Below, in pieces: positions 11,432-23,805 of a DNA stretch of 64,000 nucleotides (its first letter is position 1; each line of letters starts with the position of its first letter). A program made the translations under genes and the position numbers. Location: positions 378,448,001 to 378,512,000 of the forward strand of contig NW_027362771.1 of NCBI RefSeq assembly GCF_046119375.1, given 5' to 3'. Below the pieces are notes generated by a model, which did not search any database, was not told where the DNA came from, and worked only from the letters and a program-made list of their open reading frames with translations. Source of the DNA: Phyllobates terribilis (taxonomy: Eukaryota).

Positions 11432-13994
11432 ATGGGCAAGGCACGTGGCAAGGGATGAGGAACTGGACGTAATGGTAATGGTGCATGCAGAGGCCGAGGA
11501 CAAGGCCGTGGGCAAGCCAAAATTGTGCCACAACAAACACCCACATCTTCTAGCCTGACTTTCCTGTCCCAATTTCTAGGGGACCGCAGCACACCAATAT
11601 TGAACCCAGAGCAGTGTCAAAAGGTTGTTGGTTGGATAGCGGATAATGCTTCCAGTCACTTAGCCACCACCACCACCACCCTGTCTTCCACACGGTCAAG
11701 TCTCAGTAGCCGTGAGTCTGGACCGCATATTCCTCATCCTGATCCTTCTTTCTCCCACCATGCCGAGTACCCAGAGACAACTGATCCCACACTTGTACAC
11801 TCCGAAGAGCTGTTCACTTTTCCATTTATAGATTCGGGCCTCTCGCCCTGTCCACTTGAAGCGGGGCAAGAGGAGATCGGGTGTAGCGATGCCCAAATAT
11901 TTGAGCAGCCACGGTCACATGAAGGTGACGGTGGGAAAGTGTCACAAGAGGTGGACGATGATGAGACACAATTGCCAGAAAGTCAGGAGGAAGACCAGGG
12001 TGCGGAAGTGGAAGAAGAGGTGGTGGATGATATAGTAACTGACCCAACCAGGCAGGAGGACATGCAGAGCGAGGACAGCAGCACACAGGGGGAGGGAGGC
12101 AGAGTACCCCAACAGGCAGGAAGAAGCAGTGTGGTGGCCGCGGACAGAAGGCAGGCAACCGTTCCCCATAACACCAACACGAAGGAAGTTGCCAGTACAA
12201 CTGTTAGGTCTTCCCGAGTCTGGTTGTTTTTTAAAGACTCTGCCGATAACCCCAAAAAGGCCATTTGCACCACCTGCCAGGCCAGCATCAGCAGGGGTGG
12301 CAAAACGACCAGCCTGACCACCACCAGCATGATCACACACATGGCAGCAAAGCACCCGACTTTGTGGGCCGAACCCCAGGGTCCAGGAAAAGTGTCTGCG
12401 GGTGGCACTATTGCTTCTTTCACTGTTGTGCATGCAAGCAAATCCCCTGTCCATGGTGCATGTGAAGACGCCTCCTGCCCTGCACCTGTCGTTGCACTCT
12501 CTCAAGTAGCAGCAACAGGAAGCACGTCCATGTCCTTGTCCCAGCACAGCGTTCAGTTGTCCATACCCCAGTCCTTGGAACGCAAGAGCAAATATGCAGC
12601 CAACGCCCTACAGGCCACACTACTAAATTCTCACATTTCATGACTGCTTGCGCTCAAAGTGTAGCCTTTTAGGCTCATGGAGACAGAAGCATTCCGCAAC
12701 CTGATGGCGGCAGCCATCCCTCGGTACTCGGTCCCCAGCCGCCACTATTTCTCCCAGTGTGCCATCCCTGCATTACACAAGCACGTGTCCCAAAACATTA
12801 GCCGTGCTCTCGACAACGCAGTTACCGGTAAAGTCCACCTAACCATGGACACGTGGACAAGTGCTTGTGGGCAGGGACGGTACATCTGGCTGACGGCACA
12901 CTAGGTTAACATAGTGGAAGCCGGGACACAGTCGGACCTTGGGACGGAACACGTCCTCCCGACGCCAAGGATTGCGGGCTCTAGGTCAATCAGGGTTGCC
13001 ACCATGGTCTACAGCTCCTGCACCTCATCCTCCTCAGCCTCCTCCTCCTCTTCAGCCTCCATCTCCGAAACGACCACATCAGTCACAAGCTGGAAGCACT
13101 GCAGCACTGCCTCAGCCAAGCGGCAACAGGCTGTGCTGAAGCTAATATTCTTAGGTGAAAAACCGCACAAGGCTGAAGAGTTGTGGACAGCTCTGAAAGA
13201 GCAGGCAGATCTGTGGTTCACACCGCTGAACCTATAGCCAGGCATGTTCGTGTGAGACAATGGCCGGAACCTGGTGGCGGCTCTGAGGCGAGTCAAGCTC
13301 ACACACGTACCAAGCCTGGCCCATGTGCTTAACCTCATTTATGTTACGCTGCCTTTCCCATGACCCTCGCGTTCTCAAAATTTTGGGTGACAGTCATTAC
13401 TGGTTGGTGACACTTCTAGACCCACGCTACAAGGAGAACTTTATATCTCTTATTCCTGAGGCGGACAGGTCTACAAAAATGGGGCAGTACCAGAAGGACC
13501 TTGTTGCTGAACTATTAAAAAAATTTCCATCTGAAAACGCTGGCAGCAGAGGGCACACTTCGTTGGACAACCAAGGAGTACAGGCAAGAGAGACACAACT
13601 TCAATCCAGCAGAGGCAGGGGAACACTGTCAAAGTTCTGGGAGAGTTTTCTCAGACCCTCCCATCACACAGGCCCTGAGGCGCGGGGTACTCTCACAGGG
13701 AGTGCAAAGTTTGGGAAGATGCTGAGGGAGTACCTTGCCGACCGTACCAACGTCCTCCGTGATTCCTCTGTGCCTTACAATTATTGGGTATCCAAGCTGG
13801 ATACGTGAAAAGAACTGGCTCTCTATGCCTGGCCTGCCCTGCCGCCAGCTTTTTATCAGAGCGGGTTTTTAGTGCTGCTGGTGGAATTATAATTGTCAAC
13901 TGAAAATGCTGACAGGCTGACTCTTATAAAAATGAACAAGGGCTGGATTGGGCCAGACTTGTCAACACCACCGAATGATAGCAGCGTAACATAA
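11432..13994 (+). pseudogene. hAT transposase pseudogene with stops and a large internal deletion
   Basis: MGKARGKG*, acidic region, BED finger (VWLFF..CTTC), MDTWTS, DNGRNL, AHVLNL joined directly to ..HYWLVTLLDPRYK (about 0.8 kb missing relative to hAT1), SERVFSAAG, KMNK. Confidence 0.93.
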
Positions 13995-14457
13995 ACTCAA
14001 ATCCAGTGTCTTTTCTTGGGAGGTGTATTCCCATGCACCTTTTCACACCCACACATGGGTATACGCTTCCTGATTTTGGCTATTTGCTCTTGTCCTCCTT
14101 CTTCTCCTCATCCTCCACCACCATATCACCAGGGTGACCGTGGTCTGTGATGCAACACCCATTTAATTTTTTTAAAGGGTGTTTATGATGCCTGTGAAAA
14201 AATTTTTTTTACAGTATGTTCATGTATACCCCCCAGGGGAAAATGTTTGTCAGCCCATACACTTAGTGCATGGGCATTACAAGTATAGGAGGCCCGCTCC
14301 TTTCTAATGGGAACATTTTTTATGAGGCCCTCCTCCACGTCTCTTCCAAGGGGCACTGAAGTGCCTCCAAATTTTTGGCAGCCCTTGCATTCACTGCTTA
14401 AGCCAACACTATGGGAGACCCTCTCCTTTCTAATGGGAACATGTCGTACCTTGTTAC

Positions 14458-14873
14458 TGTTAGAACCTTGCTCTTAGGTTTTTTTCCTTTGCTGGTCACA
14501 TGACCTTATTGGCCTATTTAATCCTGCTCCGCCCTTCTGGCTTTGCTGGACTTCATTGTGTAACTACTTTCTAGCTAGCCTGTGCTCTGTATCTAACTCT
14601 GTTAGTTTGCTTGGTCTACGGACCTCTATGTTCTATTTATTTTGTTTGTTCGTCTGTCTGCTACTATTTCTGTTAGGAGGTGTCCCATTTTCCTCCCAGT
14701 CCTTAGTACTTGCAGGGATTCCTTCCCCACATCTATAGGTCTCCGTACAGACTAGCTTAGGACTTTAGCAGGTCTGATCGCAGGATCAGGTCCCCTGTTA
14801 CATTGTAGGGATTAAGCTGAGTTCTATCGTAGGGACAGATCTCCTCTCTTTCCTTAGCTCTGGTAGCAGAACA
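14458..14873. mobile_element. Solo LTR-like insertion inside the hAT2 repeat array
   Basis: TGTT...AACA termini, internal CTATTTAA TATA-like box, interrupts the unit GTTAC|TGTGG. GTTAC occurs on both sides (14453-14457, 14879-14883), but with 5 extra nt (TAAAA) on the right. Confidence 0.6.
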
Positions 14874-14879
14874 TAAAAG

Positions 14880-15625
14880 TTACTGTGGCCCTGCTCTATA
14901 CGTCTTTAAATTCTTAGTGGGGTTTTTCCTAAAATTGGTCAGCCGTTGGACTCACTGCATACCCTATAACTGTATAGCAGACCCTCTCCTTTCTAATGGG
15001 TACATGTCGTACTTGTTACTGTGGCCCTGCTCTGTGTGTCTTTAAATTCTTAGTGGGGTTTTTCCTAAAATTGGTCAGCCGTTTGACTCACTGCATACCC
15101 TATAACTGTACAGCAGACCCTTTCCTTTCTAATGGGAACATGTCATACTTGTTACTGTGGCCGTGCTCCGTGTGTCTTTAAATTCTTAGTGGCGTTTTTC
15201 CTAAAATTGGTCAGCCGTTGGACTCACTGTATACCCTATAACTGTATAGCAGACCCTTTCCTTTCTAATGGGAACATGTCGTACCTTGTTACTGTGGCCC
15301 TGCTCTGTGTGTCTTTAAATTCTTAGTGGAGTTTTCCTAAAATTGGTCAGCCGTTGGACTCACTGCATACCCTATAACTGTATAGCAGACCCTCTCCTTT
15401 CTAATGGGAACATGTCGTACTTGTTACTGTGGCCCTGCTCTGTGTGTCTTTAAATTCTTAGTGGGGTTTTTCCTAAAATTGATCAGCCGTTGGACTCACT
15501 GCATACCCTATAACTGTATAGTAGACCCTCTCCTTTCTAACGGGAACATGTCGTACCTTGTTACTGTGGCCCTGCTTTGTGTGTCTTTAAATTCTTAGTG
15601 GGGTTTTTCCCAAATTTTGGCCGCC
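14880..15625 (+). repeat. 136 bp tandem repeat, about 5.5 copies (diverged units extend to about 14250-15800)
   Basis: TAA(T/C)GGG(A/T)ACATGTC recurs with ATG/ACG at 14996, 15132, 15268, 15404 and 15540. Confidence 0.95.
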
Positions 15626-16139
15626 CTTGCAGTCATAGCATGGGCATTACAACTATAGAAGACTCGCTCCTTTATAATAGGAACATTTTTTTTTACTGAG
15701 ACCCTCCTCTATGTCTCTTCAAAGGGGTATTGGATTGCGTCCAAATTATTGGCAGCCCTTGCAGTCACTGGATACGCAATAACAGTATAGGAGACCCACT
15801 TGTTAATAATGAGAACAACAAAGCATAGCCGGCTGATGGCTCTCTAACAATAGCTATAGCCGACTGCTGGCCTTTTAAGAATAGTAAGGGTCGTCTGATG
15901 TCCCTGTAAAAATAGGCTTTATGACTTTCAGAGTCCCTCCATCATATATAAAAAAGGATGTGTCTGATGATATGTCACACGCCACATTGCCAGATAAGGT
16001 TGTAAAATGTTAAAATGACATTTCCCATTGAATGCATTTGTCTTAAAAAATAACGTAAAAAAACCCAAAACAATAGGATCTTTCTTTAGCATAAAAACAG
16101 CGTCACCAATTTAACCTCAATGTAATCACATTGTTCAGC

Positions 16140-16380
16140 TCATGCACCTCCTCCTCCATCTCCGAAATGATCACATCAGTCACAAGCTGACAGCACTGCA
16201 GCACTGCCTTTGCCAAGCTGCAACAGGCTGTGCTGAAGATAACATGCTTAATGCTTAATTGACAAACCGCCCAGTGCTGCAGAGTTGTTGAAAGCTGTAA
16301 CACAGCAGTCTGATCTGTGGCTCTCACCGCTGAACATACAGCCAGGCATGGTCGTGAGTGACAATGGGCGGAACCTGGTG
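16140..16380 (+). mobile_element. Diverged sense fragment of hAT transposase
   Basis: Aligns to 13060-13275 (CATCTCCGAAA..CAGCACTGC..CAACAGGCTGTGCTGAAG..CCAGGCATG..GGAACCTGGTG). Confidence 0.85.
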
Positions 16381-16700
16381 ACAGAGAAATAACAGCCGGG
16401 TAGATATGGTTTCCCTCTATGCCAGTCCTTTCACCAAGCTAAAGAATATGGCTGTGGTGAAATACAACTCCCACTGAAAAGCTGTTTCAGATTGAAAAAC
16501 ATTGTGCCCACCAGAGGATTTGATTCTGAGGGCTAACCTTTCTCACCCGCTCAAGAGCCCCATAGGAGCTGCAAAGATAGCGCTATCATGAACTCTCCTG
16601 AGGTAGAAGCCAAGGCACACCAGCCCTGCTGAGAAGCAGTCCTGGCTAAGAAAAGTGCGTGGGAAGGTTCCCGGACACTCTATGGCTTCTTTTTTACTGA

Positions 16701-16827
16701 GGAGGAAACACACGCAAACACGGGGTGAACATAAAAAGTCATTGCAGATGTTGTCCGTGCTGGGATTTGAACCCAGGATCCCAGCGCTGAAAGGCTTCAG
16801 TGCTAACCACTGATCCAATGTGCTGCC
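16701..16827 (-). mobile_element. tRNA-derived SINE head (V-SINE-like), 3'-truncated
   Basis: rc GGCAGCACATTGGATCAGTGGTTAGC (A box)..GGTTCAAATCC (B box)..ATGTTCACCCCGTGTTTGCGTG.GTTTCCTCC (start of V-domain-like core). Confidence 0.8.
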
Positions 16828-17235
16828 GTTCACCCTCTAATATCTAACAGGCTGGAGAAACTTGCACCTACTGGCACTCTATCTTCAGCTCCTTTGTGAG
16901 AAAATGTATTTGGGCAGCCACTCAATCTACCAAATAAAATTCCTGAGAAGGAAATTGGGGATGGCTTCGCTACTGGTACTGGGGGCAGTGCTAATACCAT
17001 GGCGTCGTACCATAGTTTGCTGGAAATAATCCAGGCTGGTTGGAGGCAAGCAAATTCCCACAGCAAAGTACCAGCAGTAATGTTCAGGCCATATTTCAAG
17101 TGCAAGCAGCTTTAGAGGACTTCCTGGGAGAAATGACACGCAGGGTAGATACGGTTTCCCTCTATGCCAGTCCTTTCACCGAGCTAAATACAACTCTTAG
17201 CAAAAAAAGTTGTGGACTGGCTCCGAACCGTCCCT

Positions 17236-17545
17236 GGCCACATTCACCTGTCCACATGTTTGTGGTTAGGCGGTCCTTCCCATAAGTGCCCTGGGGAGGG
17301 CAAGGGTAATGTTGTGGGACCCGTGCTTGTGGAAGGAGGAGGCGATACCGGGAAATATAGTGGCGGCTGGGGACCGAGTATGGACACCCGCCCGTCGCCG
17401 GCATGAGGTTGTGAAAAGCTTCCGCCTCCATGAGCTTAAAAGGCCATATTTCAAGTGCAAAGAGCTGCCCAGAAATCTGGCAGTTTAATGTTGCGGCCTG
17501 TGGGTGGGTGGGTGGCTGGCTGCATACTTGCGCTTGCATTCCAAG
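17236..17545 (-). mobile_element. Inverted fragment of a related hAT transposase
   Basis: rc aligns to about 12580-12890 (EAFHNLM, YSVPSRHY, RLTTNMWT). Confidence 0.85.
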
Positions 17546-18035
17546 TAACAGAAAACTAAGCAGATGGTGGCCTCTATCATCATCATGGCCTCACCTCGGC
17601 ACTATGAACTCTCCTGAAGGAGAAGCCAGGGCCCGCCGGAGGAGTCTCCAGTTCTCTGGTGGGCCAGTCCAACCCTGCCGAAAAGCATCCCTGGCTAAGA
17701 AAAGTGTGGGGGAAGGTTCCCAGACACTCTGTGGCTGCTTTTTTAATGTGGATCGGCCATGCTTATGCATGTTATTTCTCAAAACGCATTACAGATCAGG
17801 CTATTGTCCAACTCTGTATTCAAGAAATTAAATGCGCAAAGAAAGATGTGTGTGTGTCAAAGCACCACCGACAAGTGCGAGTTGATGTTGGACGGGCTGC
17901 CATTGCTTCTGCAACAAGCTCAATTACAGGACTTCCTGGGAGAAATGAAACGCAGGGTACATACGGTTTCCCTCTATGCCAGTCCTTTCACCGAGCTAAA
18001 TACAACTCTCAGCCAAAAAAGTTGTGGACTGGCTC

Positions 18036-18460
18036 CGTACCATCCCTGGCCACATTCACCTGTCCACGTGTTTGTGGTTAGGCGGTCCTTCCCAGTAAGT
18101 GCACTGGGGAGGGCACGGGTAATGTTGTGGGACCCGTGCTTGTGGAAGGCAGTGGCGATACCGGGAAATATAGTGGCGGCTGGGGACCGAGTATAGACAC
18201 TCGGCCGCCGCCGGCATGAGGTTGTGAAAAGCTCCCGCCTCCACGAGCATAAAAGGCCACATTTCAACTGCAAGCAGCTGTCAAAAATTTGGCAGTATAG
18301 TATTGCAGCCTGTGGGTGGGTGGGTGGCTGCCTGCATACTTGCGCTTGCATTCCAAGGAATGGGGTAGGGACAACTGAACGCTGCAGTGGAACAAGGACG
18401 TGGACGGTGATTGTTGCAAGTCTGCAGCGACAGGTGCATGGCGGGAGGCATCTTCGCATG
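18036..18460 (-). mobile_element. Second inverted fragment of a related hAT transposase
   Basis: rc aligns to about 12455-12890 (ACEDAS, SVQLSLPHSLECKRKYA, YSVPSRHY, LTTNTWT). Confidence 0.85.
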
Positions 18461-19147
18461 CGCCAAGGATCACTTATGATTGGCACACTTTTAGGCAGTG
18501 ACCTGGGAGTCAGAGATGCTTCCAGAGGTCTTCCTCATGCTGTTTCCATGTCTTTTCAGCACTGTATGCATGTGTCTGATGATGTGTCACACACCACATG
18601 GCCAGATAAGGTTGTAAAATGTTAAAATGACATTTCCTGGTGAATGCATTTGTCTTGGTTGAAAGCAATGCAAAAGTGCAAAAACGCATCAAAATCGCTA
18701 CGTGTGAACATAGTCCAAGTTGTAGAGGAGTATTTTTGGCTTTGGTTATTTATTTTGCCTTATATACAAGTCATTACCCTGGAAAGGAGGTTCCTTAACA
18801 TATTTCCAGGAAAATCCATTGTGGTTTCGTTTTATTGTGAGTCCGTAAAAGTGGTGTAATACTCTGACCACGTTATTGACAGCAGTGATCTGGGAGTCAG
18901 AGATGCTTCCAGGGGTCTTCCCCATGCTGTTCCCATGTCATTTGAGCACTGTTCCCATCGATTTTTAGGCCTTCTGCAGACCGCCGGGGAGAGCCGCCTG
19001 AAAAATGCTCGTGTTTCCCATAGACTTACATTGGGCTCGTTGCTTGGGTCGAGCACCCGAGTATTCCAATTTGCTCGAACCGAGCAACGAGTACCCGAGC
19101 ATTTTAGTGCTCCCTCATCACTAGTCATAAGTATTCAGACCCTTTGC

Positions 19148-20172
19148 TCAGTATTGAGTAGAAGCAGTCTTTTGAGCTACTGTAGTACAGCCATGAGTCT
19201 TCTTCGAAATGATGCAACAAGTTTTTCTCACCTCGATTTGTGAATCCTCTGCCATTCTTCCTTGCAGATCATCTCCAGTTACATCAGGGTGGATGGTGAA
19301 CGTTGTTGGACAGCAATTTTCAGGTCTATCCAGAGATGCTCAATTGGGTTTAGGTCAGGCTCTGGCGGGGCCAGTCAAGAATTGTCACAGAGTTGTTCTG
19401 AAGCCACTACTTTATTTTAGCTGTGCGCTTAGGGTCATTGTCTTGTTGGAAGGTGAACCTTCGGCCAAGTCTGTGGTCCAGAGCACTCTGGAAGAGGTTT
19501 TCATCCAGGATATCTCTGTACTTGGCCGCATTCATGTTTCCTTCAATTGCAACCAGTTGTCCTGTCCCTGCAGCTGAAAAACACCCCCATAGCATGATGC
19601 TGCCACCACCATGTTTCACTGTTGGGATTGTATTGGGCAGTTGATGAGCAGTGCCTGGTTTTCTTCACACATGCCGCTTAGAATTATCACCAAAAATCTT
19701 TGTCTCATCAGACCAGAGTATCTTATTTCTCATAGTCTGGGAGTCCTTCATATGTTTTTGAGCAAACTCTATGCAGGCTTTCATATGTCTTGCAATAAGG
19801 AGAGGCTTTCGTCGGGCCACTCTGCCATAAAGGTCCGACTGGTGGAGGGCTGCAATGATAGTTGACTTTGTGGAACTTTCTCCCATCTCCATACTGCATA
19901 TCTGGAGCTCAGCCACAGTGATCTCGGGGTTGTTCTTTATCTCTCTCACCAAGGCTCTACTCCCAGGATTGCTCAGTTTGGCTGGATGGCCAGGTCTAAG
20001 AAGACTACTGGTGGTCCCAAACTTCTTCCATTTAAAGATTATGGTGGCTACTGTGCTCTGAGGAACCTTGAGCAATGCAGAAATTCTTTTGTAACCTTGG
20101 CCAGATCTGTGCCTTGCCACAATTCTGTCTCTGAGCTCCTTGGGCAGTTTCTTTTGAGCTCGGTCTGACATG
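19148..20172 (-). pseudogene. Tc1 transposase pseudogene (Passport/Sleeping Beauty-related)
   Basis: Paired-like HTH N-terminus (ELRDRIVARHRSGQGYKRIS), [37 protein letters not shown]; contains stops and frameshifts. Confidence 0.93.
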
Positions 20173-20382
20173 CACTGTGAGTTGTGAGGTCTTATATAAA
20201 CAGTTGTGTGCCTTTCCAAATCAAGTCCTATCAGTTTAATTAAACACAGCTGGACTCCAATGAAGGAGTAGAACCATCTCAAGAAGGATCACAAGGAAAT
20301 GGACAGCAAGTGACTTAAATATTAGTGTCTGAGCAAACAGTCTGAATACTTATGACCATGTGATATTTCAGTTTTTCTTTTA

Positions 20383-21636
20383 CAGCCTGGGGCATAATAG
20401 TATGCACCAGGCTATCACCCCTTGTTCAGCGCAGGCTCTGGCGCTGAGCCCACACTGAACCGGGCACATGTCAGCTGATTCTTACAGCTCACATGTGCCC
20501 GCAACAGCCGCGGGTGGAATCGCGATCCACCCGCGGCTGTTAACTTGTTAAATGCCGCTGTCAATCTCTGACAGCGGCATTTAACAGCGCCGTGCCGGAA
20601 GTGCGTCACTTACGCCACCCATCGGTGACCCCGTCACGTGATCGCGGGTCACTGATGGGTGGGCATGACAACCCTGGGTCTGCAGCAGACCCCAGTGGTT
20701 GTCATGTACTGATCGCTATGAACGCCACCTAGTGGTCGGCACTCATAGCACAGAAGCATTTCTGCTACATAGAGGTGATCTGCTCATCACCTCTATGTAG
20801 CAGAGGCAATCGGACAGTTGCTGCTTCTAGTCTCCTATGGAGACTATTGAAGCATGCAAAAAGTGTAAAAAAAATGTTTTTAAAAATAAAAAAAATAAAT
20901 AAAAAATATAAAAGTTTAAATCACCCCCCTTTCGCCCCATTCAAAATAAAATAATTAAAAAAAAACCTACATACACATATTTGGTATCTCCGCATTCAGA
21001 ATCACCCGATCTATCAATATAAAAAAAGAATTAATCCTATCGATAAACGGCGTAACGAGAAAAAAATTCTCAACGTCAGAATTAAGTTTTTTAGTCGCCG
21101 CAACATTGCAATAAAATCCAATAACGGGCGATGAAAAAATCGGATCTACCCCAAAATGGTATCAATAAACACTTCAGCTTGGCACGCAAAAAATAAGCCC
21201 TCCAGAAAAATGGAGACGCTACGGGTCTTGGAAAATGGCGCCATTTTTATTTTTAAGCAAACTTTGGATTTTTTTTTCACCACTTAAACAAAAAGAACCT
21301 ATACATGTTTGGTATCTACGAACTCATAATGACCTGGAGAATAAGAATAGCAGGTTAGTTTTAGTATTCAGTGAACGTAGTAAAAAAAATGTAAAAAAAA
21401 ACATCTGTGGTATTGCACTTTTTTTGCAATTTCACTGCACTTGGAATTTTTTTCCCGTTTTCCCGTACACGATATGGTAAAACCAGTAATTTCGTTCAAA
21501 AGTACAACTCATCCCGCAAAAAAAAAAGCCCTCACATGGCCATATTGACCAAAAAATAAAAACGCTATGGCTCTGGGAACAAGGGGAGCAAAAAAACAAA
21601 AATGCAAAAATGGAAAATCCCAGGGTCCTTAAGGGG
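20383..21636. mobile_element. piggyBac-type non-autonomous element, one end missing, inserted at TTAA in the Tc1 right IR
   Basis: Ends GTCCTTAAGGGG|TTAA (21637-21640), after which the Tc1 IR resumes. Internal palindromes (CCGCGGGTGGAATCGCGATCCACCCGCGG). Left terminus not seen. Confidence 0.7.
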
Positions 21637-21878
21637 TTAATAAATTTGCAAAAATTTCTACATTTCTGTTTTTTTTTTCAGTCAAGATGGGGTGCAGAGT
21701 GTACTTAAATGAGAATAAAATGAACTTTTTAGAATTTACCAAATGGCTGCAATGAAACAAAGAGTGAAAAATTTAAAGGGGTCTGAATACTTTCTGTACC
21801 CACTGTATGCTTGATAAGGGAACAGCAAAATAATCAGATTCAGCATGTAGAAGAGTAATATTGGAAAAGGGAAATTAA

Positions 21879-22217
21879 AGGGGTTTCCCACGAACAAAAG
21901 TTAATTTAAAATTTGTCTGCGTCTGACCATGTACAGAACATACCACATCTCCTGGGCAGGGGAGGAAGCAAAGACTATACAGACATTACAGCAGGGGATA
22001 ACAGAGGATTCATTTTGTGAGGTAAAATATTTCACTGCCTGTTTTTAAACAATATTTTACCTCACAAAATGACTCCTCTGTGATCCCCAGCTGTAATGTC
22101 TGTATACTATTTTGCTTCCTCCCCTGCCCAGGAGCTGTGGTATGATCAGACCGTGTTCCGTACATGGTCAGACACAGCCATTGATTAAAATGAACTTTTG
22201 TTCGTGGGAAAATCCCT
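21879..22217. mobile_element. T2/Kolobok-type foldback MITE, shorter member of the 9386-9935 family
   Basis: TTAA|AGGGGTTTCCCACGAACAAAAG...CTTTTGTTCGTGGGAAAATCCCT|TTAA; shares core with 9386-9935. Confidence 0.88.
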
Positions 22218-23805
22218 TTAATCATTGTAGTGATACCATAATGTATTGGAGAGCAAAAATTGCAAGATATACTCAGAGTGAAGTATTATCAATAAAGATT
22301 CCAAATGTATTAATAATTGCTTTGAGCTGTATGCTTCCAAATTAAGCAAAACAATGGAGACATTTGAAACCAGAGTCAAAGACATAGACATTGGGAATAG
22401 TCTGACATTTTTGGCATGGCCCTGGCTGATATAGTCCTGAGATGGGTAGAAGTAGTGGAACGGTATAAAGCGCTTTGCTTTTACTCATCAACTCAATGCC
22501 CACAGAAGAAATCTGCCAAATGTGGTGCTTTTTACTTATAGGATTTATATAATATATGGACATATATACTGCATAATACCTCTACTATCCAATAGACTTT
22601 GACTCCATGTTCACATTTTTGCATTTTTTCATACTCCAAGTGTATTTTATATTATTTACTCACCCACCAATACATGAAAGGCTATCGTTATGTATTAATT
22701 TGCCTTTTCCTCACATTTTTTATATTGTACTAAGGACATTGATCATATTTTTTGAATGTGTATATAATAAGTGGTCAAACATTGGTAAACAATGTTATAA
22801 ATGCATGCACCCTTCCCATTACTCTCAGGTACACTGTTTCATTAGGAAAAAATACTTTTTTTTTCTCATTAAAAACAATCACTTTAATTTAGGTTTTGTA
22901 TATATTAGCTTTGGGTCTGTAATTAAATTGATCCAATATATGTAAATGAACACAGAATAATTCATACTTTTTCCTGCTAAATCTTAGTAAGTATCAGCAT
23001 TAGTAAGTGCTCATTTCCATACTGTGAAACAGAAACGTCTGTTCAGAGTTCTGGTGTTTGTAGTATACTTGGTTGCAAAGCTTACAAATGTGAATGTAAA
23101 TGTTTTCATACATGAACAGAATGCAGGATACCTTAAATTATACTGTACTAGTTAAAATTATTCTGCACATGCTGATTTTCCTTCCTGTTTGTAAGCAAGT
23201 CATTTTTAATTGCACTTGCAGCCACATGAGCTTTAAAAATACTGTAACCCCATGCTGCATCTTACAATCACTACGCAAGAAGCAATTTGAAGACACATCA
23301 GGAGGAAAAGTATTTCCAATTGATTTACAAATATGCTGTATTTAGAGAGATGAAGTCATTTTCCTATTAATATTTCAAGATACTTTCTAGCAGGGATACA
23401 ATTTCCCTTCTGTCAATGGCAACCCCCACCCCAATTTTTCTAACGTATTGATAGGACATATTGATGGGCTACATCCAGACAACTCTACTTTCAGTCCACA
23501 CAATGGACTTCGCCCAGACATAACATAGACCAATGTTAGTCTATGTGTAGTGACATGGGTTATTTACCACACAAACCTCAGGTCTGCATTGAAAAAAATT
23601 GCAGCATGTGCAATTTTGGTCCAAATTATGGACTAACCTAATTATTGTAATTAGCAGGCAGCTCCTAAACTCATTCACTACGCAGATGAGCAGATGGAGC
23701 TGCACGAACACCAGTCACTCTTGCAAGTTATGGACATGGCTGGCCCACAAAGTAAAGGAGCAGAAATATTAATAAATATCACCCTTTAGTGGTGGTCCTG
23801 CTTAA

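Larger units (their letters stand above)
10201..19123 (+). mobile_element. hAT DNA transposon 2, both ends present (8.9 kb)
   Basis: TIRs TAGTGATGAGCGAGCA / rc TAGTGATGAGGGAGCA (15/16). Perfect 8-bp TSD GTCATAAG at 10193-10200 and 19124-19131. CGAGC/CTCG subterminal arrays. Confidence 0.96.
10005..21805 (-). mobile_element. Tc1 (IR/DR type) element, about 1.6 kb, split by a hAT and a piggyBac-type insertion
   Basis: TA|CAGTGGGTATGGAAAGTATTCAGACCCC at 10005 and GGGGTCTGAATACTTTCTGTACCCACTG|TA at 21805. Inner DRs at about 10192-10200+19132-19142 and 20340-20358. Own sequence is 10005-10200, 19132-20382 and 21641-21805. Confidence 0.93.

Noticed and set aside
14880-15625. Regular repeats as a CRISPR-like array
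   Set aside because: Units are contiguous 136-bp tandem copies with no unique spacers; eukaryotic context; no cas genes.
16990-17060. PGLFPANY peptide on the minus strand resembling an SH3 signature
   Set aside because: Flanked by stops, no upstream ALYDY or WW motif; too short to support.
22342-22563. Minus ORF (KKHH..SSVGIELMS..FDSGFKC) as possible chrna7/8 exon 10
   Set aside because: Lacks LLNWCAWFLRM and the M4 helix, stops early and has no good acceptor; resemblance is coincidental.
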